From: Takakia lepidozioides
Lineage: Eukaryota > Plantae > Bryophyta
Assembly: GCA_030704615.1 (NCBI GenBank)
Contig: CM060734.1
Location: 30,318,001 to 30,382,000, forward strand
DNA length: 64,000 nucleotides
Direction: 5' to 3'
A program made the translations under genes and the position numbers. The notes beneath the pieces were generated by a model that saw only the letters and a list, made by a program, of their open reading frames with translations, made no database searches and was not told the DNA's origin. Shown here in pieces: positions 62,393 through 64,000 of the stretch (position 1 is its first letter; each line of letters opens with the position of its first letter).

Positions 62393-64000
62393 AGCTCATG
62401 TTTGCAAATCTAGAATGGATTCGGCTCCAATGATACACTATCTGCCCTTCAGTGATAATGAGGCCTTTAGTTGGCATCATGAGTACGATACCTAGGAGTG
62501 ATGTATTTAATTCTTCAGAACAGGTTACTCTTCCTTCAGCACTTCAATGGAGGTTTGTACAACATAAAACTTATATTGTTACAGTCCTGATTTTGCCTTC
62601 ACCAATTTGGTGTGGAGTTGATAAAGCTTTTCTCTTGGTGTGTACATGTAATAGGATACCCTTCAATTTCTGATGAGTTTTGACGTCCTCCTCTGTCATG
62701 CTCAGAGGTTAGATGATTGACAGGTTGGGCTGCAGTTCGAGTGTATGCTTACATAGCAGAAGACTCCCACAATCTGTCATATGTCTAAAAACAATTCTTC
62801 TCATTTCTGTAAAGGGAATGGCCCAGGGAGTTCTCATGTTTGATCATGTGAAGAGCCCTTCACCTGCCGATAAGAACTGTTGGGAATTTTCTGCCACATG
62901 TAATGTAAATGGAGATGGGCACCTTACAGAATTGGAAGTGAACTGATAATACAAAGGAAATTCCCAGTGGTTCTTTACACTTTGGTGTAGTGATTTGAGA
63001 ATCTCGCTAAATATTTGTAGGTGTGCATGCGGAATAGGAGTGGCAGTGATTGCCTAGTGAACAGGCTCTGTGGTTGTGCTGTGGTCCTGATGTATGTGTG
63101 ATCCGTAGCAAGCCCCATGACACAAAACATGTTGGCAGTGGTGACAAACTGCCACAACAGACTCTCCTTTTAGGCGTCCTACCTGGGTGCTATAATCAAG
63201 AGAAACTTAAACATCATAATCAAATGAACAGTAGTGTAATACAAACCACCTCCCAAAAGGTAAATTGTTTTGTTTTGTTCGTTGACATCAAGGCCTCCTG
63301 CCCGGGGTCTTATTACAGCTGGAAAGCCCTCAATGAATAAAAGGTGCATCCTGGTGGTTTCATAATTTTGGACCTTATAATATGTGAGATATTGAATTTT
63401 AAGTTTTTTTGTCACTGGAAATTCATGGGTTGTTATGGAAGATTGGCCCGTCAGTTGTGTGTTGGTACACATGGTCATAAAATGTATTCTATTTAACTTT
63501 GCCGTTTACATGTGAGCTCAACGGCATACGACACACTATTATATATGATACAATCTAAGGAGAACAACGGCAAAGTTCAGCGCCTTTTAGTAAAGCTCAC
63601 CGGGCCTCTGTCCCTTTATATGTATATATATAAACCCTTCTTGTCTCATGGCAATACAGTGACTCTCATTGGTTGAATTTCGTGGCTTGGCTGTTACACA
63701 CGATTTTCACACACGATTTTGTCCACAAAACAAGAGTGTCGAATAATCACTCAACGCCTTCTAATTCAGCGGACAACGCAAGCAAGCAAGGGGAGGGGAT
63801 GGGAATGTCCAGGTATGAGACGGTTATTAATTTTGTAGCAACGTATATATTCCGGAATGACATGGTATTGGTATACTGAAACGAGGTGAAATAACATGTA
63901 TGCAGGCTCATGTCGGTCTCAGTGTGCTCAAGTGACCAGAAGCGAATATTTAGTATATTCCTTGATTTGTTTTTTGATACTACGACGAAACAAATTGACA

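Overview
Eukaryotic nuclear DNA, most likely from a non-seed land plant such as a bryophyte (inferred from the gene set, intron style and a Tcn1-like chromovirus). The left ~38 kb is a nested transposon block. It holds the 3' end of an LTR element, a LINE family associated with (CT)n, a ~3.2-kb tandem repeat, a Tcn1-like Ty3/Gypsy chromovirus (15336-33817) inserted in that repeat, and a second, very young 12-kb Ty3/Gypsy element (16441-28465, 4-bp TSD TGCC) inserted in the chromovirus. The inner element is the main discovery. Its polyprotein carries a DNMT3-like C5 cytosine methyltransferase between protease and RT, and a PHD finger after the integrase. Its only in-frame stop (TAG-CAA-CCA, a CARYYA readthrough context) separates Gag-PR-DNMT from RT-RH-IN-PHD. 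It has an 11-nt Tf1-like self-priming site instead of a tRNA PBS. In place of ordinary LTRs it has split, permuted repeats (A1...B1-GC-A2-B2) with an internal palindromic CA-GC-TG copy of its joined ends, which suggests integration from a circular intermediate. The right part carries host genes (ADC synthase with 13 exons, MEE59-like, a LYR-motif gene, DGAT3-like) plus MITEs, Helitron pieces, and copia and LINE remnants. All family assignments come from motifs read by eye; no database search was run.
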